64,000 bases of DNA from Phaeosaccion multiseriatum (lineage: Eukaryota > Protista > Ochrophyta, other classes). A program made the translations under genes and the position numbers. The notes beneath the pieces are model-generated. The model did not search any database and was not told where the DNA came from. It saw only the letters and a list, made by a program, of their open reading frames with translations. The stretch is taken from contig OZ218953.1 in assembly GCA_965112735.1 (NCBI GenBank), forward strand, positions 2,480,001 to 2,544,000, in the 5' to 3' direction. Shown here piece by piece: positions 11,665 through 46,800 of this stretch (position 1 is its first letter; the number at the start of each line of letters is the position of its first letter).

Positions 11665-13202
11665 ATGAGAAAAATGAAGGTCCTGGCGAACGCAGCGGTG
11701 GTATGTGCGACGCTATCGATGCAGGCGGCTCAAGCTTTCGTGGTTCCCGGGGTTGCACTGGCGTCATCACAAGCAACACCGGCAGCAGTGGCACGACAAC
11801 ATGTGCGGTCGCGCCAGCAGTGTGGAGAGGGCAGGAGGGAGAGCTCAGTGATGAGCAGCGCGCAGTCATATTCGATTGACGGAAAGCCTATCACTGGGCC
11901 TCTTGTCCCTGTACACGACTACATTCTTGTGCGTGTCGCAGACATATCTGAACAATCAAAGGTAGGCAAAGAATAGGATTGAGGAGGAGGAGCAGGAAGA
12001 TTCTCTCTGTGTTTCTCTCTCTCTCTCTCTCTCTCTCGTGGGCTCGTTGGCTTTCTGTCCCGCTCAACATCCCCTTCCTGTCCGGCTCGTGGTTGTTGTC
12101 TCGCCAGGGGGGCATTCAACTGCTGAGTTCCTCTCGCGAGAAGCCCAATGAGGGTTCGGTGGTGGCGGTCGGGCCGGGACTGCCCCATCCCGAGACGGGA
12201 AACAAGTCCGACACCATCTGCAGCCCGGGGGACAAACTTTTGTACGGAAAGTACGGGGGCACAGAGTTTAGCTACAACGGGGAGCTCCACAAGGTGTGTT
12301 GCAGCGCATAAGAGGGGAAGGGGAGCAGCCTCTAAACAACTCTCACACACAACTCTAGATTTCTCCAAGAGATCAAACAGTGCCTCATCCATCCGCTTCG
12401 CACCACAGAATGCTTGGCACTGGGCCATGGGCAGCAGCAGCGGGGGGGCTCTGTGCCTCATCCTCCCTTTCCTCAACAACCCCGTCTCTTCTTCTCGGTG
12501 GCGATTACGATATGCTCAGGGGAACCCTTGACACTCAAAAAGGGGATTCCTTCTCCTTCTCCCTACTCGTGAATGTCCGCCGAAGCAGCGTCCAACGCCC
12601 AACGCCGTCTCTCTCTCCCCGTCTCTCCCTCTCCTCTCTTGCCCCCCCCTCTCCCTTGCTGCTACAAATTCATTCCTCCCCACTCAGTTTATCCGCAGCT
12701 CAGACGTCTTCTTTGTGTTCAATGGCGACAGAATGACGGTGGACAATGTAAAGATGATCAGGGACCAGATTCTGGTGGAGGTGCGAGCCGATGCAGAAAC
12801 CACAGCCGGGGGTGTCTACCTCGCGGAGAAGGACCCGAACCTCGGCATGCAGCCGACCCGCGGAGTGGTGGTGGCAGCAGGGCCAGGGAGGATGAGCTCT
12901 GCCGGAGAGATCGCACCCATGGCGGTGAAGGTCGGGGATAAGGTGAGCTTCACGCATCACATCACATTCATCACTTGACACCTGCCCCATATGCCTGCCT
13001 ATATGCCTGCCCATATGTTGGGGGGCTTGCTTTGGCGATGGGTAAGGCGCTGAAAAGGGAAGCGGCGTATGGGCCATGCCATCTGTGTTTTGTGTTGTAC
13101 CAATTCTTCCTCGCTCTTGGAGATGTCATGCGTGTGTTGTGTGTTGTAACCCTTCCTTCCCTCGCGCCTGGAGAGCTCAAGGGTGAGCGAGCATGCCTCA
13201 AG

Positions 13203-13235
<33 letters not shown>

Positions 13236-13354
13236 TACACACACACAAACGTCAGATCAAGTTCCGGGACTTTGCCGGGGAGGAGCTCATGATGGACGAT
13301 AAGAAGTACAGGGTCATGGTGCCCGACGAGATCTGGGGCAAGTTCGATGTGTAG
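11665..13354 (+). CDS. cpn20: Plastid co-chaperonin Cpn20 (two tandem GroES/Cpn10 domains)
   Basis: Exons 11665-11961, 12108-12293, 12688-12942, 13256-13354. Two Cpn10 domains (PVHDYILVRV...SKGGIQL...EGSVVAVGPG...KLLYGKYGGTE and IRDQILVEV...TAGGVYL...RGVVVAAGPG...VKVGDKIKFRDFAGEE). N-terminal hydrophobic signal ending AQA-FVV followed by a transit-like peptide. Confidence 0.92.
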
Positions 13355-13438
13355 GGAGTTGGCTGGTCAAGGGGGGGGAGGCAGAGTGAGTGAGTGGACA
13401 GCCCTCCCAGCTGGAGAAGGGAGCAGGTATGGGGCTTG

Positions 13439-13469
<31 letters not shown>

Positions 13470-13583
13470 ACCTGCCTACCTGCCTACCTGCCCTGGCGGT
13501 GCACGAGATGCACAAAGAACGTCAGAGTAGAGGCGGTAGGCGCCAGACTCGTAGGAAGGGGCAACAGCAGCAACCGCCGCAGA

Positions 13584-13618
<35 letters not shown>

Positions 13619-14371
13619 CAGTAGCGGCAACCCTAGCAGTTGGTGATACAGCAGCGGCAGGAGAGCTCAGCTCTCCTTACGGCGGGGGCACGTCCCTCTC
13701 CCTCTCCCCGGCCCTTCTTGGCAAGTCTTCTGATGATTCAGACCGAGTGGAAAAGAAGGTCGGGGTCTCATTGGAGCTCAGAACCCGGGGGGTCGGGGGG
13801 GGGGGGGGGGGGGCGCTGCCCGCCTGGCTGACGAGAGCTGACAAGAGTTGACGATGGCACAATGGCCAGACCCTTGGAGTGGAGTGAGTGTTATGCCTTT
13901 ACTCAGACGCACTTCGTTCGTGTAGACTCGCTCTCCGATCTTTTGCCTCATTTGATCTTATTTTTGTTTTATCGTACACGACAGTATGCTAAAGTGATGA
14001 CAGGAGAAACACACATACACACAAATCTACGTACATATATTCTCGTCGCCCTTTGCATGTCTTTTTTCTTTTTCTTCTCTACTCTTTTATTCCTCTTTTC
14101 TTCTCCACTCTACACGTTACATTCTTGCTGGGTGTGACTGCATATCAGGTGGATGGGTGAACCTCTGCATGTTCCACTCCCTCCCTCCCTGGCCATTCCC
14201 TTTGTACAGAATACCCTTCCTCACCTCTCTCTCCCCTCCCTATTACAATACTACAATACTTCTATAAAACAAAGAACACTTTCTCTGTGAGAGGATGATG
14301 GAATGACGCGATGACGTCACGAGGCCCTGGCTGGCTGGGCAGTGCTCCGCCTGTGACATGAGGCGATGACG

Positions 14372-15883
14372 TCACGACGCCTGTGGCCTCAGCACTTGGG
14401 GGGGGGGGGGGGCGAGGGAAGGAAGGAGGGGAACAAGTGATGCAGGGTATAAGAAAGGAACGAGCGCTGGAGAGTAGAAGCCATAACTTGACTTGGAACT
14501 AACTGCACACTGTGAGCGGTGTCGTGTCGTGTTCGTGTTGTGTTGTGTTGTGTTGTGTTGTGTTGTCTCACCATGGTGGGAGGGAAGCCCCTCTTGCCCA
14601 TCTCCGTGGACCTCTTCTTGAGTTGCGCGTACACTTGCTCGTTCTGCCTCTCGAACAGAGCACCCTGAGAGTTGTCTTCCTCGTCCTTCTGCCGAGAGAG
14701 GGAGAGGAGGGAAAGAGGGGGAAGGAGGAGAGAGAGGGGGAGAAGAGAAAGAGGACAAGGGAAGGAGAGAAGAGAAAGAGGGCGAGGGCGAGGGAGTGAC
14801 AGAGAAAGAGAGAAGAGAGGGTAGTACCCGGGTCAGTCGAGCAAAAGTCGAGGAGCGACGCACGGGGGTCGGGGTGGGTGGGTGGGTAGGTGGAGGGTGC
14901 GAGGCGAATCGGGTTGAGCCAATGCGGCCGCAGGCTACACACCAGACGTTACTTTGATGCCTCGGCCTTGCAACAGGAGGTTTAGGTTTGTAACCGCCAT
15001 ACATACGGTACGCACCTCGATCATGGCGGTGCACGCGGCGGGCATGAGGTACAGCCCGCCCACGCTGGGGGCGAGGAAGGCCTGCAGGCTCTTACACTCG
15101 GCCAGACCCACCGGCCCGCCCAGCTTGGTGCTCGGGCGGTGGGGGGCGGCAGGAGGGGCGTCGTCGTCGTCCTCGAAGGCACCGGGGGCGGCTCCGCTGA
15201 GCCTGATGGGGCGAGAGGGTGGGCGTAGTGTTGAGAGATACCGCACGGCAATGGATCCATGAACAGCAGACAGGACGGGAGGGGAAGGCCCGAGGGAGCG
15301 GAGGAAGGGTGGAGTAGAGAGCCCCGCTCTTCACCTCGCTCAATCTCTCACTCACTCACCGCTTGGCCAGGACGCCGACCTTGCCCTTCTTTGCGTCACT
15401 GTGGGCCTTGACTGGCACGGGCTTGCTGTCGCTGCCCGAGCCTTGGCAAACCTTCGGCACCCGCGAGCTGTCAGACAGCACTGGGAGAGGGAGATTGAGA
15501 GGGAAGATTACTTTTTTTTACCTCCGCTGAGCACGACACGGGCTCATCTTACCTCGGTTGAGCATGACGCACTCAGAGTGAGTGATGCTCTTCTTGAGGT
15601 CGAGGCTCTCGTCCTCGAGATCCTCAAACGCATCCCAAACTCCTTCCACCTCCTGATGGAGAGAGTTTCGCCTCAACAGCTGCAGAGAACCGTATAAACA
15701 AGGAGATGATGATGACACGACGTATGTTATGTTCCCTTGCTTTCTCATTTCACACACAGCGCCCCTCCCCCCTCACTTCAAGATGGATCTTCCGGCTCTA
15801 TGTAGCCATTCACTCACTTTGAAGTGCTCGTCGTCCAGCGCCGACTTCCTCCTTCTGTTGGTGCTGCTAGCAGTGGTAGTCAT
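14372..15883 (-). CDS. Hypothetical spliced protein (~210 aa), final exon uncertain
   Basis: Phase-compatible GT-AG exons starting MTTTASSTNRRRKSALDDEHFK (15883-15818), then ~15679-15553, ~15480-15360, ~15202-15016, ~14688-14572. No family recognised; the 3' end is not resolved. Confidence 0.5.
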
Positions 15884-16368
15884 CGTCGAAGGAAGAGAAT
15901 TCTAGCTGCACGAAAGAGGAGAGGAGGAGGAGAAGAGATGGAGGAAAAAGAGGCGGACCGAGCAGCACAATCAAAAACGCGCTCCGCATCCCTGTTCCGC
16001 AGCGGTTTAAGGACAGATCAAGCATAAAGGAACGTGCCTCCACGATCCACACCCTCGCCTATTCTTCCCCTCCGCACCTTACTTCGCGTTAAACTTCTTT
16101 CTTTTTTTTTTCTTTTTTCTTTCTTGCTTCAACTCGGGGGGGAGGATTATCGGGGGAGGGGGGCACTCAAGGCCCAGTAAGTCAATGATGCAAAAATGTT
16201 CAAAAATCACATCAAAATCACTTCCTCCATCCCCTTTCTCACCCCCTTACCTCTCCACGACGCCTTCCACCTGCCGCCCCCCTTCCTTCCTCTCTACCGG
16301 GGCGCAAGTACCTTGAAGTTTGAAGTCTTGGAGGTTCTTATCTCTTTGTAGCAAGGCAGACAGAGCCA

Positions 16369-17043
16369 ATGAGCGGTACAGGGGAGCAACGGGACGGTAC
16401 CCAACCCGTGGGGTCTCTGGCAGACCTCAAAGACGCCCTCACAGAGACGCTGGACAGAAATGGTACTCTGGGCAGCGTCAAGGCACGCATCCGAGCCGAG
16501 ATCTTCCATGCGCTGGAAGGCCGAGGGAGAGGGAGTGGCGGCGAAGGAGGAGGAGGAGCGGCTGGAGGCGAGGTGTTCGGGAGCTGTCCGCCTCCTCTGA
16601 GCAACGAGAACTTGCTGCTGAACGAGCTGATTCGGGAGTACCTAGTACACAATCACTATCACCACGCCGCGAGCGTGCTGCTGGCTGAGGCAGGGCAGCC
16701 CGACGACATGGCACTGGACCGGGGCTTCCTCAGGGGAGAGCTTGGCATCACAGAAATGGTTGGCGAGAGAGAGCCCCAGCCGCTACTGTACGGCATCCTC
16801 GGTATGTTACAGGAGTGGAAGGAGGCCAACACGACTCGGAGCAGCGGCAGCGGCAGTGGTGCTGGTCAGCAGCAGGTTCCCTACAGTTTGCCTGTGTCCT
16901 CGAGTGGGGGCTTCGCAGCGTCATCGGAGCAGGCCGCTGCGGCACGGACAGCGAGTGAAGCTGTCCGTGGCGGGGAAAGGGGATCTAGTGGCTTCCAGTC
17001 CGATGCCCAGCCGCCCCCCATTGTCCTCTTGCGGACTACATGA
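16369..17043 (+). CDS. CEP20: FOR20/FOPNL (CEP20) LisH-domain centriolar protein
   Basis: Single exon. LKDALTETLDRNGTLGSVKARIRAEIFHAL, PLSNENLLLNELIREYL, ASVLLAEAGQP, LDRGFL and PLLYGIL match FOR20 family motifs closely. Confidence 0.92.
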   Translation: MSGTGEQRDGTQPVGSLADLKDALTETLDRNGTLGSVKARIRAEIFHALEGRGRGSGGEGGGGAAGGEVFGSCPPPLSNENLLLNELIREYLVHNHYHHAASVLLAEAGQPDDMALDRGFLRGELGITEMVGEREPQPLLYGILGMLQEWKEANTTRSSGSGSGAGQQQVPYSLPVSSSGGFAASSEQAAAARTASEAVRGGERGSSGFQSDAQPPPIVLLRTT

Positions 17044-18034
17044 GCCAAACCCCCTACCCGCGCACTTGTTGCAGACAGCATTGGCTCACCGGTCAGCAAA
17101 GCAAAATGGATGATGATGATGCTGGTATTGGCTTGGAGGTGTCCAGTGGGGCGGGGGGGATGAGGGGGGGGGTGCTGGAGAGCTCTTCCGCCGGAAGCAA
17201 GACCAATGTACTCAACGCAAGGCGGGCGAGAGGGGCGACGCTTCACTCGGGGACGACCAAGAGCAGCAGGGGCAGCAAGAGTAGTAGGAGCAGCAGAAGC
17301 AGCAGTGCCGATGGAGTGAGGCGTTGGCTGAGCACCACGTGTGGAATTGGAATTGCAATTTGGCCGCCGCCGCCGCCGCTGTGATCCGCTGCCCTGCGCT
17401 TTCTTGTGGAGAGTGTGAGGCGGGAGGCGGCACATTTCAAGAGAAGCGGCCGTGCTGCAGGAGGGCAGGGAAGCGACAGGACGAGAGAGTGGGGGGGGGG
17501 GCAGCCGTTGGTCAGACAACAGATGCTCGCCACTTTCCGCCGGCAACAGGCCCCGCTGGACTCGCTCCATTGGCCCATCCATGGTTTCTAGGCAGTGGAG
17601 GCCCATGATTTCTAAGCACATGTTGGGGAAGTGAGCCTCTTCTAAGTGATGGGAATGAGTCTCGAGCCGAGTCCACCAGAGAGTTAAGCTTTGGGGGAGA
17701 AGAGAGGCTCAACCCAGACAGGAGGCAGCAGCACCAGCACCAGCACCAGCAGCAGGAGCAGCAGCAGCAGCAGCAGCAGGGAGGCAAGGACGGCACCCGT
17801 GTGGAGGAGGATTTGCTAGTGTTCCTCAAGGCTTGATGCGGCTGCGGCTTGCCCCCCCCGATTGGGAAGGAGGCGAACCCTCCTCCCTCAAACCGCACCG
17901 CATGCGCCGCACCCCAGGGGGGCTTCTCCCAGCTGTCCATCTCGGAGGATGAAAGTCGAACGGCATCCCTCCGTCTCACCAACCAGGATGTTAAGTCATA
18001 AGTCATGCAGTGGGCCAAGTCATATCATATCATA

Positions 18035-18430
18035 CTGTGATTTCGCGGTTGAGTGGCACTTTTTACGCCCAATTACGCCCCATTAATTTTTTTTTACGCC
18101 AAATGACGACTTTTTTGACGACGTTTGACGACGTTTGACGACGCTTTAGCCCCCTATTTGAGGCCCTTTTACGCCCTTTGACGCCCTTTTACGCTCTTTG
18201 ACGCCCTTTTATCTTAATTCGCCTTAATTTCGTCTAAAAAAAATCACATAAAAAAAAATCACGGAAGAGGGCGTAAAAAGGCGTAAAAGGGCGTAAAAGG
18301 GCGTCAAATAGGGGGCTAAAGCGTCGTCAAACGTCGTCAAACGTCGTCAAAAAAGTCGTCATTTGGCGTTAAAAAAAATTAATGGGGCGTAATTGGGCGT
18401 AAAAAGTGCCACTCAACCGCGAAATCACAG
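18035..18430. mobile_element. Non-autonomous foldback DNA transposon (MITE), TA target-site duplication
   Basis: 396 bp flanked by TA on both sides. Near-perfect inverted repeats of roughly 150 bp begin CTGTGATTTCGCGGTTGAGTGGCAC and end GTGCCACTCAACCGCGAAATCACAG, with internal tandem subrepeats (TTTGACGACG; TTTTACGCCC). AT-rich relative to the window, no ORF. Confidence 0.92.
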
Positions 18431-18613
18431 TAATGCAGTATTTTTATTTTAAAACAACACAATTTCAACCGGAAAAGCCTGTGTGATCTCTTTCCTACCT
18501 CACCTCGGCGGCGCTTCTGTTGAGGAGCAACTGAGCTTCGCCAAACCTAAACCTCTGCGGCGGGCATGACCACACTTACCCCCGACAAACCATTACATGC
18601 GCCTTCTCCCACC

Positions 18614-41053
<22,440 letters not shown>

Positions 41054-41489
41054 CTTTGCCGCCTCCTCCTTCCCCTCGCCCTATCGTTCTAGAGGGGTCT
41101 ACGTTGGTTCTGAGACGATGATACACCGCTTCGGTTGGATTCTACGGGAACGACAGTCATGAGGGCACCATACTGTACCGCTCATGGATTATCAATCAGT
41201 TGTGGGGGTGCGATCCTCCATAATACGGAATTCAGATACCCATAAAGAAGAAGGGACTGAGAAGGAGGAGGGAAGGACCCCGCAGTTTCAGCTGTTCACC
41301 CCTCTCTTCGGCGCGGGGGCGCCATTCGCTAGTTTATTATTCGCTCAGCCTCCATCTTCCCTGCCTTCACTTCCTTGATCCTCCTCTCCTTCTACTTCCA
41401 ATCTCCCTCCCCTCTGCTAGGTCGTTTTGCCCATGTAATCAGGGCTGCAATCACACTGGGCTTTCACTGGGTCCAGAGGGTGGTCAGCC

Positions 41490-43094
41490 ATGAGTACAGA
41501 TTACAAGCGCTTGGCTCGCTCTCGCTTCCCGAGTATACAAGAGCGAGAGACCGCAGAGGCTCGGTACTGGCGTCGCTTCACACAGCCCATCCTCATCACC
41601 AAGTCGTCCTCAGCAAGTAGTATCCACTTCAGCCCAGCCGCTCCCCATCACTTTGCGGTGACATGGTCCACGAACGTCTCGGTGCATGATGCGAGGACTG
41701 GGAAGGAGCAGCGGAGCCTGGGGAGAGCAGAGGCGGCGTGCTACAGCGGGCGGTTCCGGCACGACGGCAAGCTGCTGGCCTGTGGAGATGCCATGGGATC
41801 ATTGCGTGTGTTAGACGTCGTGAGCAAAGGAGTGTTACGGCACTACAAGGAGCACGAGGGGGCGGTGCGGGCCGTGGGATGGTCGGCGAACGGGACCGCG
41901 TTAGCTTCTGCGGGAGATGACAAGGTGGTGAGGATCTGGGATCTGCCCTCGCAGGACGGATCTCGGGCACTGATGAGTGGTCACACAGACTATGTGCGGG
42001 CGATTGAGGCCAGCCCGGTTGGCGGGGGGGATATTTGGCTCAGTGCCAGCTACGACCATACAGCGCGACTTTGGGATGCTCGACTGCCGAGTCGAGACCA
42101 GGGAGGGGTGCTGAGCCTCCAGCACGACGCTCCACTGGAGACGTGCTTGTTCTTGCCGGGAGGAGGGCTTGTGGCGTGCGCCGCGGGCAACGAGGTGAAG
42201 GTGTGGGATCTCGTCGGAGGAGGGAGGCTGCTGCACACGTGCAGTAACCACCTCAAGACCATTACCTGCCTCGCCATGGACGGTACAGGCACCCGGTTGC
42301 TCTCCGGTGGGCTGGATCGGCAAGTCAAGGTGTATAGTCTGCAGAGCTACCGCGTGACACATGGCCTGCGCTTCCACGCCCCCGTCCTCAGCCTGGCGCT
42401 ACCACGGGACAGCTCCTTGCTGGTGGCCGGCACGACGGACAATGTCCTAACCATTCGGAAGCGAAAGGAAGGGTCTGCCACGGGTAGCTTGCAGTACGGG
42501 GACAGCAGCAGCAGTGGCGTGCAGGGCGGAGACAGCAGCAGAGGGAGGGCGCTGAATGAAGGCGTGGCCCCTCATCCAGGCTCCAAGCGGTACCGGGAGA
42601 GAGGCAAAGGGGCAGTGGCCGGGGCGGGAGACGCCACAGTCACGGTGGCGAGGAGCAGTAAGTCACTCAAGGTGTACGACAAGAGCCTCAAGGCGTTCCA
42701 GTACCAGGCCGCACTCGACCAAGCACTAGACACGCGGGACCCCGTGGTGGTAGTGACGGTGCTCGAGGAGCTGAGGCAGAGGGGCTGCAGTAGCGGGCTC
42801 AAGACGGCTCTGGCCTCTCGAGACGAGCAGAGGTTGGAGCCGTTGCTGGCCTTCCTCACGAGGTACATTGTCAACCCTCGGTATGCGCCGCTGCTGTGCG
42901 ACGTTACTGAAGCTGTGCTGGACCTGTACGGCGATGTGTTGGGCGAGAGCGAGGCCATCGATGAGCTGTTTGCCAAGCTCTGCGGGCAGGTGCGCATGGA
43001 ACTGGACTTTCAGAAACAAATGCAGGCTCTCAAGGGGAGCTTGGACACCGTGCTGGCGTGCTCTTCTTCGGCGGCAGCGGCCCTCTCCAGATGA
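41490..43094 (+). CDS. UTP15: U3 snoRNA-associated protein 15 (WD40 repeats plus UTP15 C-terminal domain)
   Basis: Intronless 534-aa ORF. N-terminal TAEARYWRRF, WD repeats (FRHDGKLLACGD, GHTDYVRA, SASYDHTARLWD, NHLKTITCL, LLSGGLDRQVKVY) and C-terminal YDKSLKAFQYQAALDQAL...VTVLEELRQRG...ALASRDEQRLEPLLAFL...PRY. Confidence 0.92.
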   Translation: MSTDYKRLARSRFPSIQERETAEARYWRRFTQPILITKSSSASSIHFSPAAPHHFAVTWSTNVSVHDARTGKEQRSLGRAEAACYSGRFRHDGKLLACGDAMGSLRVLDVVSKGVLRHYKEHEGAVRAVGWSANGTALASAGDDKVVRIWDLPSQDGSRALMSGHTDYVRAIEASPVGGGDIWLSASYDHTARLWDARLPSRDQGGVLSLQHDAPLETCLFLPGGGLVACAAGNEVKVWDLVGGGRLLHTCSNHLKTITCLAMDGTGTRLLSGGLDRQVKVYSLQSYRVTHGLRFHAPVLSLALPRDSSLLVAGTTDNVLTIRKRKEGSATGSLQYGDSSSSGVQGGDSSRGRALNEGVAPHPGSKRYRERGKGAVAGAGDATVTVARSSKSLKVYDKSLKAFQYQAALDQALDTRDPVVVVTVLEELRQRGCSSGLKTALASRDEQRLEPLLAFLTRYIVNPRYAPLLCDVTEAVLDLYGDVLGESEAIDELFAKLCGQVRMELDFQKQMQALKGSLDTVLACSSSAAAALSR

Positions 43095-43801
43095 TGCTTG
43101 ATACATTCTATTATATCGACTCCTTACTTTAGTCATTTAGACACCTGAATGAATCATAAGTTAGCGAGTACTTCTGTGTTTCGACGGCTCAATTCTCCCT
43201 TCTGTTCCTCTCTTCACCCATCTGTTTCGGATGGCGGTCTCGCTTTCAAGCAGATGAAATGTGATTCCCCATCCGATCCTGCCCTGCCCTGTCCTGCGCT
43301 CTCTCTCCAAAAGCGACTCTGTCGTTTGTGGGTCCAATATACAAGCCGACGAACTCCACAGGGGGCTTGACAGCAAATGGTACAGACGCCAAACACCAGA
43401 GCATGACACCCCCGCCCCCCCCTCCCGTGCTCTCTTTATTTACAAGCTGCCAGTCGTTCATGCCCCCTTGACTTGAGAAGACTACCACACCTCTCCCCCC
43501 CATAAATGCCAAAACTTTGTATACACGTTGTCATGCAGAACGGTTGGCTCAAGCTTTCTGTGAATCCCTTCTCTCCGCTCATGTGTCCAATTTTGTTCTC
43601 TCTCTCTCTCTCTCTCGCCAAACTGCTCCCACCTCCCCCTCCTCGCTTCCTCGCCGCGGCGGGGGCGAGCCTCCACCCTGCATTTTTGGTTTTGCTCCGC
43701 ACTCCACCCCTCCACACACCATCCAACCAAATATCCACACCCTCTGCCCATGAAGCTACAAAAGTGTAGGGCACGCAGCACCGTACTCAGCACTCACAGA
43801 C

Positions 43802-46800
43802 TCAGAGATCCGCGTCGGACATGAAGACGCCATTCTTGGTGCACCAACGCAGGTAAGCGGCCCAGTTGCGGTCATTGCGGAGCGTGGAGGGGTTGCCCAC
43901 CACAATGAGGCCCCTCTTGGCGCGTGTGACGGCCACATTCAAGCGTCGCCAGTCTGTGAGAAAGCCCACACTGCCCCTTGCGTTGGACCTGACGGCCGTC
44001 AAAATGATGACCTCCTTCTCCCTCCCCTGATACCCATCGACGGAAGAAATCTCAATCCCTTCGAGGTCCCGCCCAGAACTGTTAAAGCTCTGTCCGCCCT
44101 CTCCCCCTGTGCCTGTGCCTGTGCGCAGCAGGACGTCCGTCAGCAGCCTGACTTGCCCCGAGTACGGCGTGATGATGCCAATGTCATGGGGCCTAAGGTT
44201 GGGGTCTGCGGCGAGCAGAGTCTCCAGAGCTCGCGACACGGCGTCCACCTCTGCTGCGTTGCACCATGAGCTGGCCACTTCCTCGCCCCCGACGCCGGCC
44301 CCTCCCACCACCACGCCGCCCCCATCGCGACCCTCGCCGCTTCTCGCAGCGGACTCCATTCGCCCACCACCATTGAAGTCACGTCCACTGCCATATCCAC
44401 TTGCGCGCCTACTGTCATGTCCACCACGGCTGCCGTAGCCCCCAATGGCGCTGCGTGTCTCGTGGCCTCTGGCGACGGCAACGAAGGCCACCGGGTGGCC
44501 CGGCTGCGGCCAGGGGAAGCCCTTCGGGCGCAGCCGGTCAGAGGCTTTGCAGAAGCTGCCCAGCCTGCCGTTGTAGAAGTGGCGCGAGGGGAAGTGCGCA
44601 ATCAAGGGGTGCATGCGGTATTGTAGCGTCAGGAGGACAGGGTCGATGCCCGTGTAGGCCAGTCGAGCGAAAAGGCTCATGGCCAGGCCGTTGTCGAGTG
44701 CCTCGGGGCTCAGCACCGTGGGTGGGAGCTGCTTGTGATCTCCGACCAGTACGAGCCTCTCACAGCCACGAATAAGCGGGACCAGGCACTGTGTTGTATT
44801 TGTGGTTGTGTTCGCGCCAGAGAGGAGAGAGGGAGGGGCAGAGAGAGGGCGAGGGCAGGCAGGCAGACGTGTCAGGACAGGTCACGTGGAGCAAGAACAC
44901 AACTATGCATACATCAGAGAGAGAGGTTGGAGAGAGGTTGGAGACGACGTGATGAGAAATGCGGGAGAGGCCTCTAACAACGTTTGCTCTGCAAGAGCTG
45001 AACTGAACTGAACTGAACTGAACCGAACTGAACTAACACGTGGGAAGAACGCACCGCTGGTTCCGTGGCCTGGGAAGCCTCGTCGATGAGGCACGTCTTG
45101 AACACGAGCTTGGAGCTCCTTCCTCCCCCGGCAAACGCCTCGGACACCCGTGCCGAACCCGCCCCCACGCATGTGGACACCACTACATCCGCCGCGAGCA
45201 CAATGTCGCGAATGGCCGCCATCTCCGCGAACTGCAGCTCCTCCCGAGTGGCTCTCTTCATCGCCTTTCTCTCCAGAGTAGCACCACGTCCACCGGTACC
45301 TGCTCCGGTGCCTCCAGCGCCGATACCAGTACCGGTGTTGCCAGCAGCGAGAGCCATGGCAGTCTTGTACTTGCCTCTTGCCTCAAGAAGAACGGGGTGT
45401 GACTCCAACTGCCCGTCCAAGGTGAGGTGCCAGAGCTCGCTTCGGACGGAAGCAGGCCGCCCCAGTCGCACCACCTTAAGCCCCAGCTCACTCAGCCCTT
45501 CCACAAGGTTGTCCGTCGCCACATTGCTAAAGGCACACGCGAGAATGTGGTCATCACCGTCGACTCTAGCGCCCCCCTTCCAGCTTGAGGTGGTGCTGGT
45601 GCTGGTGCAGGTGCTGGTGCTGCTGGTGGTGGTGGTGGTGCTGCTGCTGCTGCCTGCCTTTGTGGATGTCATGCCCTCCTCGCCCCAAGTGACGCTACTG
45701 CTTGCTCCTCCATCCTCACCAGCGATACTGAGCTCAAGGTCAAGCTCATAGGCAGTAAGAGATTTGGGCTCATATGGGTCGGAGGTCGAGAGCGTCCCCT
45801 GGGGGATGATCTTGCGCCTACGCAGGCTTCGTGCTCGGTCTAATTGGCGCAGCGACACAAGCGTGGCGAGTAGCTGGCACGCCGTTCGCGTCTGTTGTTG
45901 CACCAACCGTGGAGGGTAGCAGGAGGTAGGGAGGGAGAGAGGGAGGGACGGAGGAAGTTAAACATCACGCATTCACGCCGTATGGGACAGATGGAAACCA
46001 GGAGGGAAGGGGGGGGTGATGCGTGCGTTTCCCTTTGTAAGTCAGTGTACAAGTTCCCTACATATCCCCCCCGGGGACGTGCTTGACTGCAAGGGGCCGG
46101 AGGGGTAGGGGGTAGGGGAAGAAAGTAGGGCAGGCAGGCAGCAAATGATTCCAGCACACATGTACGCATCGACTCACTCATTCGATCACTTACTAACCTT
46201 TCCTGTCCCCGGCGGGCCCTGCAGCAGCGTGACTCTCCTTGTCAGGGCCAGCTCCACCGCCAGCGCCTGCCGCTCGTTGAGCAGCCCCATCTGCTTGACC
46301 TTGCGAGCCGCCTCCGCCACTCGCTTCTGATTTACATGTCCACCCCCGGTGGGCGCCTCTCCAGCGAGAACGGCCCACTTTCCTCCTCTCCCACCAACCC
46401 GTCGACCAGTGGCTGCCTCCGCCGCTGCTGCTGCCGCCACCGCCGCTCCTCCTCCCTCTCCTTCTCCTTGTCCTCCTCCTCTAGATGTTTGTACTCCACC
46501 TGTAGACGACACCACGGTCCTCTCGTGAGCCTCCAGCGGCATCTCCCCTCTCCGTCTCCCCCCCGTGACCTCCTCCACCTTGGCCAATGAAGGGGGCAAG
46601 CTGTGCGTCAGCAAGTCGCGAAGTGCCTCGCACATGGGCGCCTCGTCGGGGTGGGTCAGTTGCCGTAACGCATCGAACTGTCGCTCGTAGGCAATGCCAT
46701 TCACAGACTGGTCCAACCTGTACACCATTACGCTAGTGAGAGGCCCCCTCTTGCCTCCGGCCCTTGCCTGCTGCTGCTCCATGGCCATCCCTATCGGTAG

